A stretch of DNA of 64,000 bases, taken from positions 9,362,001 to 9,426,000 of the forward strand of contig NC_047082.1 of NCBI RefSeq assembly GCF_902459465.1. The letters run 5' to 3'. The DNA is from Asterias rubens. Lineage: Eukaryota. Below are positions 51,448 through 61,400 of the stretch, piece after piece. Position 1 is the stretch's first letter, and each line of letters starts with the position of its first letter. The notes under the pieces were generated by a model. The model saw only the letters and a list, made by a program, of their open reading frames with translations, was not told where the DNA came from and did no database searches. A program made the position numbers and the translations under genes.

Positions 51448-52333
51448 ATTGGACGATTGTGCTGCATGCTGGTTTGAACTGATTCTGAGTTTCACAACAG
51501 AATGAAGAAATAGTGATGGTGAGCCAATGCGCTCAAGCTGTATGTCAAGCAATGCGATCCAAGGCCTTACACAAATCAAATGTAAAAGAACACCTATCAC
51601 TCTGGGGTGGAGTGGGATAAAACAAATCTTGTTCAGCTATCCCTTTACTCGCAAAAGACTTGCAAGGTCTGCATCCGAGAGACATGGGTTCGCGAGAGCG
51701 ACGCTAGGGCGCACCGGAATCAGATAGTGCCATGAGCAAACACGAGAATGAGAGGGTTAGGGCACAACATCGTCCCCTGGGGCACCTCGATGGTGCTGTC
51801 ACAAGGCCTTGGGTGTTGATCAGCTCTTGTTGCGGTCATCCAAATGCCACCTGGACACTTCCTTGTTGGTTTTTTCTTACCATTGGGGAAGGAATTCCTA
51901 GACAGATTTATCCCAAGTATCATCACAATCTTCCTCTTGTCTTAAAGAAAATAATGTAAGTTAATATTTTTTAACCATAATACGTGAGTGGGGCGTTTTG
52001 GGAACTAAGAGGACTCAGTACAAAGCAAGTTCGGTTGTTAACCTTTGTTATTACTTTTCTTTTGAGTCATTTAAAACCATAATTTTGTTTTAAAGGTTCA
52101 ATAGACTTTTGTTCGATCTCTTAACCATAACGCCATCTTAGAGTGGCTAGAGAAACTACTATAGTAAGTATTATAATTGCCATTTTCAAACATGATCCTG
52201 ATTTGTTTTTAAGGGTTCCCTTTTGTATATTCGTTTTAGAAAACAAAAAATCCAGTTGAAAAGCAATACGATAGTGGAAATTTTGATGTACAGAAAAAAA
52301 GGTGCATCCGTGGCTATAGTTAATCCAGTTAGC

Positions 52334-52570
52334 CTAGCTAGTTTAACCACGTAGCGTTCAAGTTACATCTAGATCGACTACTAGCTAGTTTAACCACGCA
52401 GCGTTCAAGTTACATCTAGATCGACTACTAGCCAGTTTAACCACACGCAGCGTTCAAGTTACATCTAGATCGACTACTAGCTAGTTTAACCACGCAGCGT
52501 TCAAGTTACATCTAGATCGACTACTAGCTAGTTTAACCACGCAGCGTTCAAGTTACATCTAGATCGACTA
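52334..52570. repeat. 47-bp minisatellite, 5 nearly identical copies
   Basis: ctagctagtttaaccacgcagcgttcaagttacatctagatcgacta at 52334, 52381, 52428 (49 bp), 52477 and 52524. Confidence 0.97.
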
Positions 52571-53762
52571 TGTCTAATCGACTCTAGTTAATACACCAAA
52601 GCCTGCTCACAGATGAGCAATCTAAACTGCACGAAGGCGCATAAATTAAGCACTTTATATCGTACACGGTGAAGCCTGAACTCACCATCTTATGTCACAC
52701 TAAACAAATGTTTTGTTTTCCATTTTTCACAGTCCAGAAGTTTTATCAAATGATGGCCGTCGCGAACGACCTTCAACTGTCGGCAAAGCCTTTAAAACAT
52801 CAAATAATCAATTATTTAAATCGGATGAGCTCCACATAAATTGTACAGATCATTGAAAATTGCACTAATTTAACTATCTGTGTCGTTTGCATATTAATTA
52901 TTTATGTTGTATCTATTTTTACTTTTATTAATTTATTTTCAGTACTTGTTATTATTATTTTTTTTTTTCAACTATTGTATCCATTTATTTACTTATATAT
53001 TAGTAACCTGTTATTTGTTTAGTGGCTATTCGTCGTTTTATCGTGCTTTGTTTTTCACACAGCGCCCTGAAGCCGTTTTGCGGCACTAATTTTTAGTGGT
53101 TTCTTTGTTATAAGTATTTTAATAATATAGCTATCAAGCCTTAGGTCAATAATTCATGATTGCATGGCTCAAGAGATGGCCAGACAATAACTATACACGC
53201 AGCTTAAGAACTGAAAGTGTAGATAAGCTCGTTTACGCCACCACGCCTTGCAGCTCTAAGACCCAGCGCCCCATAGCTCTAGACCTAAAATTGACGGTGT
53301 ATTTGAAGTTAAAAGTGTCGTGTTGCGTGGAGCTCCAAACACTGTTTCTGTTTCTTATATCTGCTGTTTTGTTATTTGGGGGTTTTATATGTTATGGAAG
53401 TTGTACCTTCCAAATTAAGATCTTATTAAAAAAATCAGAATGCTGTGCCGACGGATATAAATTGAAAAAACAAGTTAATCAGTTTGTTGGCGTCGGGGGA
53501 AGGGGAGCGTGCACAAAGGTTTAGAACCTTGATCATGATAAGAGTACTGGAAAATTGGCCTTAATAATCCGTAAGATGTCGACAGATATGAAAATTTGTT
53601 TTGCAAATCATGTTTTTCTGATGTTAGATTCCTGATTGCCTCCTTGAATCGTGTGTAGATAACCTTAGAAACATCTTAGACAAAATTGTAAGATAACATC
53701 TTACTGCGATGATGAAATTTGTTTGGAAATAGTTTTGAGCAGTTGAAAGCTGTGAGTTTTTG

Positions 53763-53866
53763 AAGGGACATGATGCATTGGATCGGGCGAGTTGGTCAAT
53801 TATGAAAAGTGTTTGAAACCCCTCGAAATGCAGATGTTTTAAAAGTAGAATATAATGATCCACACA
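53763..53866 (+). mobile_element. Partial arm of the AGGAACACG foldback family
   Basis: gcattggatcgggcgagttggtc...agtagaatataatgatccacaca matches the left arm of 3494-3875. Confidence 0.7.
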
Positions 53867-55055
53867 TTTATTTATGTATTGAATTATTAATTTATGTTTG
53901 TACTTACTTTATGTGCACTTGAGCGTGTTCATGGTTCCTTACACATACTATTATCTGAGTAACTAACTTAGCATACCTAGTTATGAACCAAATATTGAAA
54001 ACCCGAACTCTTCATTAACTACAGATCACTCAACTTTCCACAAAAACGGAAATACTTTGTTAAGTTCCATTCAATGTGCATCAGTCGAAACGAACACAAT
54101 ATTTCAGTGAAAAAAAACAAAAAATAATGATTTTATCTTTAAAGTTCAGTCCATCATCCGTCCCAAAGAGTTATTTCGGTAGTGATGCATTTTCTACAGA
54201 AACGTCTTAGCTATTAAATGGTTAATTTCCTTGCATAAAGGATCGAGTCATAGATCCTTAGTGACTAATAACGGTACATTGATGGGGTTATCTTCTGCTT
54301 CCAGCCTCCCGAGGGAAGTGGTAAGACCTTAAGCCGCTTGTCATCAGGCCTTTCTTGAAAGTCAGCCCGGATGGATAAGGAGAAGAATTTACTGGTTTTA
54401 AAGTACAAGTGACGGCAGAGATGAGTGCACCATTAAGTAGATCCACCTTTTTGTTTTCTCTCCTTTTCTTTTTTAAAATGTTCGGACATAAGAGTCTCTG
54501 TTTGCAGGGGCCGTCAATGGTAAGGCAAAAGTCTTAAAAACTGTCAACAAAGAGATGTGCCCTCCCATTAGCCCCCCTCCCCTAAAAAAAAACAAAAAAA
54601 CAAAAACGAAACAACGGGCAAAATAATGACAATTGACCTAAATTGAACACTACTACAATTCTGTAATACCATACACTATGCCATCCACATTCCCCATCCA
54701 GGTTTGACTGCTCTTTATGAATGAACTAAAAAACTGAACAGTGAGGGAAATATGATATTTATAAGAAAATAGGCACAGCTCATCACGATGTACCGTGGTA
54801 AGGTTTCATGTAAAGGCTGTCAGTAAACTTTTTTTTTTTTTTTTTTTTTCACGGGACAACACGAGTTGAAGCGCACGCACGAACGTCTTGCTTCTTTTCT
54901 TTTCTTTTTGAGTGATAACATTTTGGGGGGCTAGGATACGACAAGTAGAACGAAAGGTCGATGTGTGATTTGAGTTTGAAGACGGCAGAACAAAAACAAC
55001 TTGTTCTTATTTTATGAAAATGGATTGACACAAACCGTCTGCATTCTGCCGTTAA

Positions 55056-55115
55056 AGGCACTGGACACCATTGGTAATATTGTCAAAGACCAGTCTTCTC
55101 ACTTATAGTGTGTCT
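55056..55115 (+). mobile_element. Left-end stub of the AGGCA MITE
   Basis: ttaa|aggcactggacaccattggtaatattgtcaaagaccagtcttctcac. Confidence 0.8.
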
Positions 55116-55356
55116 CATTACTAATGGTCGTCAAAATCAAAGTGGTCAATGATGTGGGCGTCACATATGTACCGGTTTTGTCTTTAATTTAGGTCCCATT
55201 GGGGATGGCATATCCAATGATGTTTTTTGTATTAAATCCCCTCAACGCAGGGTTCCAAGTCTCAGTGCTGCCAACACAATCCCTTTAAGTGTTTGGTTGG
55301 TTATAAGTTCATACTCGTTGCTAAAGGGTGGATAAAACATCAGTGTAGTTTCTATA

Positions 55357-55723
55357 AGGCAGTGGACACTATTGGTAATTACTCAAAATAATTATTAGCA
55401 TAACACCTTTATTGGTGATGAGTAAGGGGGAGAGGTTGATGGTATAAAACATTGTGAGAAACATCTCCCTCTGAAGTGCCATAGTTTTCGAGAAAGAAGT
55501 AATTTTCCACAAATTTGATTTCGAGACCTTGAGGTATCGAAATCAACCATCTAAACGCACACAACTTCGCGTGACAAGGGTGTTTTTTTCCTTTCTTTAT
55601 TGTCTCGCAAGTTCGATGACCGATTGAACTCAAATTTTCACAAGTTTGTTATTTTATGTATATGTTGAGATACAGTTACTGTGAAGGCTAGGTTTTGACA
55701 ATTACCAATAGTGTCCACTGCCT
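55357..55723 (-). mobile_element. AGGCAGTGGACAC MITE, subfamily A
   Basis: aggcagtggacactattggtaattactc ... gtgtccactgcct|ttaa. Confidence 0.92.
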
Positions 55724-56835
55724 TTAAGCCATTTACATCTACTATTTACAATTCGCTTTAAAGTCAACACATTTTTTTGGCGAGCATAATGAAATGTTGT
55801 AACGTTAGTTTTATAAAATTGTGACACATACTATACGTAGTCCAGTTACAGTCCACTTCCTGACTAACAAGTGAAAAGCTTTTGTCACATTCCGTTTGCG
55901 GATAAAGTCTGCATCCAAATGCAGTATCTCCATCGATCGTGAACAACAAAATTAAATAAATATTTTTCTAGGCGATTGCAATCTTATAAACGTCAACTAT
56001 CCGTTTGATATTGCCCCACTCACCCTCTTCTGATCAATTTATTGTTTTAACAGAAGGTTCACAGTGTCGTCCATTCAAACAAAAGGATCCATTTCAAGTA
56101 GCGTATCATCAATGAAGTTGGGAGAACTAAAGGCTGTGTATTTGTTTCTCCGGTCTCGAAATTGTTCAAAGAATTTAGTTACGAGAAGTCTGTGATTGTA
56201 TTTCGTCCTCTGGGGGAGTCCAGAAAGACATTGCCGGCAATATTTATACTGAGCAAACAAAACGTAATAATTGAAAGGGTCGCTGAGTTAAATGTGCAAG
56301 CTTTGGCATATGAAGCTCGATTGTATTCTTGCTCTTTCCTGCTTCAGTTGAGTCAGATTCCCAAAGCAACAGTTCCTTATCCGTAAATCGTGTTCATAGA
56401 AGCACTTTTGTTTTCGTTCACGACTGGGCTAACCCAGAAGGGCCCATTAGCTACAAAGAGACAGTTCGTCGATAAGCCCCGTCAAATCACCGCGTTTACA
56501 AATGGAATTTTAGCTCAGCCTTTGGCTACGAGTGTGTATGTGGGGGGGGGGGGCTTGGAGATATGGAGAAGAAAGCAAATTTGCCTCCCCACTTCGGTAA
56601 AGATGTGGCCTTGAAGGGCCGTGAAACCTACGTACATTAATTTTCACGGTTCAAAATTCATGTCATAATATTCACGTGAACATTATCGAAGAAAACATTC
56701 GTGATTTGGTCATCATTTCAGCAGACTGATTTCGGTTGATAACTTAAATTAATACTAGTAGAACAAACAAGAGAATTATGGGGTACTTTTTGTCCATTAC
56801 AAGTATTGATAAGTGTACATTTTTATATTTTTCAG

Positions 56836-57011
56836 TTTGCGTTCCGGCTGATGGTTTAGCGATCTGCCCATCGATAAACGAAGTTGTCGTTCACACATTT
56901 CTATGTCATGACTTTCTAGTTCGGATGCTTTGAGGTTTTCATCCAGATCCAGTTACAATTTTATTTATTGACTCTACATGTTTTGAGAACTTCTGATCAG
57001 CAAAATGACGG
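56836..57011 (+). other. Leader exon of the GPCR (5' UTR plus the first 7 coding nt)
   Basis: Acceptor ttttatatttttcag| at 56835 and donor ATGACGG|gtaaga at 57012; the phase-1 join with the acceptor at 57284 gives M-T-D in frame. Confidence 0.75.
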
Positions 57012-58894
57012 GTAAGAATTACATTGATTACATAATAGTGACCTTTGGGACGCTAGGTGGCAGCAGACCTAGTAGGTAGTTTCATTGTACAGATTGGTAA
57101 TTTTCCAAAACTAGAATCAAAACTGTATGTGACCTAACATACTTGAAATAGATTTGGATGGCAATCCAAGAGCTCCGTAAAACTGTGATCATCATTTGAA
57201 TAATAATAATTTACATAATATTATGGCGGGAAAAACATTATTTTTCTAACGATTTGTTTCTGTTTTCCGTTTTTCTGCTGACAGACCTGGGCTATTCCTT
57301 CTCATCAAGCCTCAATGAGACAGAAATGTACGATGACCCGTACGTCCAGTCACCTCTAAAGGAGACAATCATCTTGAGCTATTCTTTAACTTTCTTCTTT
57401 GGTTTCCTTGGCAACCTTCTGGTGATATTCGTCATTGCTCGGAATAGGTCCATGCACACTGTCACAAACTTCTTCCTGGCAAACCTAGCCGTAGCCGACC
57501 TGTTTGTGTCGCTGTTCTGCACCATCCCCAAGCTACTGTGGTTCGTTTCGTCCAGCTGGGAGTATGGCGACTTCCTTTGTAAGTTCCATAACTACGCCAT
57601 GAGCGTCACGACAACATCGTCCATCTTTATCTTAACCGTCATCTCCATGGAACGTTTCATCGCCATATTGCGCCCTCTAGAGACGAGACGACTCCTAACG
57701 GCCGGTCGACTCACCGTAGCAATGGCGACCGTATGGATCGCTAGCGTCTTGTTCAACATCCACTCAATGTGGTATTTCCATGTAGATTATGTTGACGGTG
57801 TCCCTTACTGTATTCCCAATGTGAAAATGACAAGTCCACACGTGAAGATACAAACAGTTGTGTTCTTCTGTATTTATTACGTCATTCCACTGATGGTGAT
57901 GGTTATCCTGTACGGCCTGATCGGCCACAAACTCTGGGTGAGCAGTAAACTGAGGCTCACTGCATCAGATTGTGAGAAGCCTGATCGACCAAAGAGGAAC
58001 ATCATTACCAGGTTGGCTGGTGTGCGGGACATCTTTAAGAGAAGAAACCAAACACCAGCGCCCTCTTGTGACGCACAGAAACAAGCCAACAACGGAGGCA
58101 ATGTGGATGCGAGTCGCCAAGGACCACCAGGTACATTCGAGGAGGCACAGGTGTTGATACAGACTCAAATCTCGACCAAATCAGAGGAGAATCCCGAAAC
58201 ACAAAAGATTGGGCCATTCTTTTTGGACGAGCCTGATGAGGATAGCGGCCAGATGAGCCCAGCAGTTGACCAATCATGTATCTACAAACCGAAAGGGGAT
58301 CCCGACCACGAGATAAGCATCCGAATCGAAATGGCGGGAAATAAGAAAGAAGAGACGCGGGAAACAACTCTCACGGAATCGCGGAACGGTCCAGTGGAAA
58401 ATAACGCCTGCAAAGTGACGACGAACAACAATCAGAGTAAGGCCTCGGACGCGGCTCCAAAGGTCTCGAAACCCCGTCGTCCCTTCTCGGCTGCTCGCCC
58501 CCTCACAATCTCCAAATCAGAAAAGTCCAAACACAAGAAGAGCAAGAAGAAAGAAACCGTCTCAGCTCGTAAGAAAGTGATTAAGTTATTGGTCGTCGTG
58601 GTGTCCTCTTTCGCCCTTTGCCTGCTGCCCTATCAGATCGTGGCACTGGTCCTACCGTTTGGATCCATTCACATTCCCCCCTTTTTTAACCCCATGATTT
58701 ACCTGTGTTATTTCTTCAACAGCGCCCTCAATCCTTTCTTATACGCATTTCTTTCGGATAATTTCCGAAAGAGGATGCGAGAGACATTGACGCTAAGGTC
58801 GTCAACTCGTCAGAGACAATGGAAGCAGACACAATGGCGCATGCGCAGTATGACTGAAGCCACGGAGACGGAAACAGTGTATACGTCATCGTAG
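57005..58894 (+). CDS. Class A (rhodopsin-like) neuropeptide GPCR, trissin-receptor-like; join(57005..57011,57285..58894), 538 aa
   Basis: N-glycosylation site NET; TM1 GNLLV; TM2 LANLAVADL; TM3 C...SIFILTVISMERF; TM4 W; ECL2 Cys; TM5 YYVIP; TM6 FALCLLP; TM7 NSALNPFLY; helix 8 NFRKRM. TM3-TM4 (SSIFILTVISMERFIAILRPLETRRLLTAGRLTVAMATVWIAS) resembles arthropod trissin receptors from memory. Intron 57012-57284 has GT, a CTAAC branch point, a pyrimidine tract and CAG. GPCR identity is secure; the subfamily is less so. Confidence 0.93.
57034..57100 (+). mobile_element. Arm of a foldback element carrying a CTCF-like motif, in the short GPCR intron
   Basis: gacctttgggacgctaggtggcagcagac matches the reverse complement of 61366-61395. 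Confidence 0.6.
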
Positions 58895-59785
58895 ACTTTG
58901 ACCAATCGTAACTCTCAACTCCATTGTTCAGTTCATTTGGACTTCAAAGTTGTGAAAACCACAAAACCAAACATTTTTTGACAAGCTTGCAATAATGAAA
59001 CTGAAGTCGTATCGGCTTCAAGGTCATTTGAGGGCTTGCATGGCTATCTGATTTGGAAACTCTCAACATTTAAATTTTCTTTCTAAAGATTAGCACCTTG
59101 CAGTACTAAAACACCCCATGGTAATCAAAAAGGGCTAAATAAATAACGTATTTCAAAGAACAGCATTTTGTTCAGTTATTAATGAAGCACAGTTTGTTTT
59201 GCCAATTACACGTGAAACTTTGCTAATATTTTATGTACCACATGAATTCTCACGAACCCCAGAGTCTACCTGACATTATTTCTTTTAATTTAATATTTTT
59301 AATCGTGTTGTGATCTTGTGGTTCAGTTTAAACAATTCATTTACATTCATTTGGTTTTCGATCTGTCTTTATTTATTTGTTTAGTGTTATTATTCAGTAT
59401 TATTATTATTTTGTTATAATACATAATTAGCTGTTTTGTTTCATTGTTTTGCGTGTTTTTTGTTTTTGTTTTTTTACACATAATATTGTACAATCGATTT
59501 TACATTTATTTTTACATTATTTCATTTATTAATTTATTTGCTTGTTTGTGACAAGGTTAAGTTCATTATTAAATTATATTCACTTTCCTTAAGGAATCCA
59601 TGTAACTAAAGCAAAACAAATCGTTTCCTGATGCTGTACCACTATAAATGTTTGTCACTTTAACATACTTCTTAAATATTTGTTTCTATAACATTATCAA
59701 TCACCATAGTTGAGTATAAAACACCGCACATTGCACGCTCTATAGTTAACCTTGTATAACTTAAAGTTCCAAGGTCTATTTATTA

Positions 59786-60082
59786 AGGCAATGGACACCA
59801 TTGGTAAATGTCAAAAAAAACAGTTTTCTCAATTGGTGTATCTCAACTCAACATAATGCATACAATGACAAATCTGTGAACATTTTTACTGATTGGTCAT
59901 CAAAGATGCAAGAAAATAAAGAAAGAAAATAGTCTTTTTAGATTCAATTCAGTGAGAAATTGAATGTAACTCATTCTCAAAACTGCATTACTCCAGAGGG
60001 CGCTCTCACATCGTTGTCTCCTACCAACAGCTCACCTTTGCTCATTACCAAGTAATTTTGAGTACCATTAGTGTCCAGTGCT
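59786..60082 (+). mobile_element. AGGCA MITE, diverged, internally deleted
   Basis: aggcaatggacaccattggtaaatgtc ... ccattagtgtccagtgct. Confidence 0.75.
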
Positions 60083-60823
60083 TTTAAGGCTAAAAATGTT
60101 AGTAAGTGCTTACTTGATTTCTGAATCCGTGATGCGTGTTATAGATACATTAGCGAGTGGAAGTGAAACATGGATGCAAGAGCAGAAAACTAACATCCCG
60201 GAGTGTAGAATGCGAGAAGTTTAGTCACTGTTTTGTTAGAATGTGCACAACATGGAAACAGAAGCCACCTTGCTTCCGGTTTGTTTTCTGTTCTTCTTTT
60301 TCGTAATCAGGAGTGCGTAATGGAAGCTTTATTAACCAAAACCTGTTTCGGCCATTGACCAGTGATTAACCAATGGCCAACTCAACCGAAACAGTTGTGG
60401 ATACGACCGCCAAAAACGCACCCCTGCTAAAAAGTTAGTGGTGCATATTTCGATCAAACAGTACCACAAAAATTGTTGATTCACGAATACATGCACAAAA
60501 TCTGCATGAAATATTGAGCAGCTATAATATGCCAAGAGGCCCTGAATCCAAGGAGTGTGCAATTTATATGAAGGGATGGTGTGGATGAACATGTTTGTGG
60601 GTAATGTGAGTGAATGCAGTAGTTAGTGGATGGAGTTGCGAGTGGATGAACAGATGCGTTGAAATGCCATTCGATGTGCGGTACAACCCAATTGAGAATA
60701 AGGCCGTGTTCGAATCAATCAGCCTTTGCATAAGGGTCCAATGATTTCCCAAACATGTGAATTGATTTGTGGCAAGTGTTTGTATATGTGTGAGAGAGGA
60801 TGGTTGCCCCAAAAAACGATCAG

Positions 60824-61017
60824 AGCCACATTTCATAGAGCCGCTTACGCACAAAAAAAAAGCACACAACAACATTATGCTTAATACCACAAAAAAAAGG
60901 TTACCAATCAAACTACCATGTCACATGTACAAAGGTAACTGGTGTCCTGCTTATTTCTGCTAAGCAGAGAGTAGCTTAGGAATTTTTTTTGCTGAAGCAG
61001 CTCTATGAAATTTGGCC
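60824..61017. mobile_element. MITE with GGCC.AATTTCATAGAGC termini
   Basis: cag|agccacatttcatagagccgc ... gcagctctatgaaatttggcc; same TIR as 63553-63793. Confidence 0.7.
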
Positions 61018-61114
61018 GAGGTGGTTTGGCATATTATAGCGATGACGTCATTGCTTTACTTTTATGTACATAACCAATTGAGAATCACCAGAAAGAAGTA
61101 AAACAATCACAACA

Positions 61115-61400
61115 ATGGGACATTCTTGAGCGCTGGATGGCACCAGACTTACCAGGGGTGGATTTCACAAAGAGTTAGGACTAGTCTTATCTCGAGTTAG
61201 GACCAGTTACTCGTCCTAACTTAGGACTATCCATGCAATTTGTATATCTCCTAGGACTAGTCATAAGTTAGGACTGGTCCTAACTCTTTGTGAAATCGAC
61301 CCCAGGTAATTTACCATTGTTGACGTAGTTCTGAGCGTGCGTACATTACCGATAACAATATATTTGTCTGCTGCCACCAAGCGTCCCTAAAGTCCACCAT
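61115..61400. mobile_element. Foldback element with CTCF-like ends, split by a nested MITE
   Basis: gcgctggatggcaccagac ... gtctgctgccaccaagcgtcc. Confidence 0.6.
61156..61302. mobile_element. 147-bp MITE with a CAG target duplication (Harbinger-like)
   Basis: cag|gggtggatttcacaaagagttaggac ... gtcctaactctttgtgaaatcgaccc|cag; internal ttaggact/agtcctaa repeats. Confidence 0.88.

Noticed and set aside
51551-51800. RT-like words on the minus strand (VPQGTMLCP and DLCKALDRI)
   Set aside because: They occur in the reverse of the order found in reverse transcriptases, are imperfect, and no YADD motif is present.
52334-52570. 47-bp array as a possible CRISPR
   Set aside because: Head-to-tail repeats with no unique spacers, no cas genes, and a eukaryotic context.
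56102-56614. About 170 codons in one plus-strand frame with a single internal stop (ORFs 56162 and 56390)
   Set aside because: No recognisable domain, it runs through a poly-G tract, and it has no clear splice link to the GPCR.
57877-58367. Antisense and alternative-frame ORFs inside the GPCR
   Set aside because: Shadow ORFs of a GC-richer coding exon.
60343-60394. Hairpin containing GAAAC as a possible type III hammerhead
   Set aside because: No CUGAnGA-like core or helix II in the required position.
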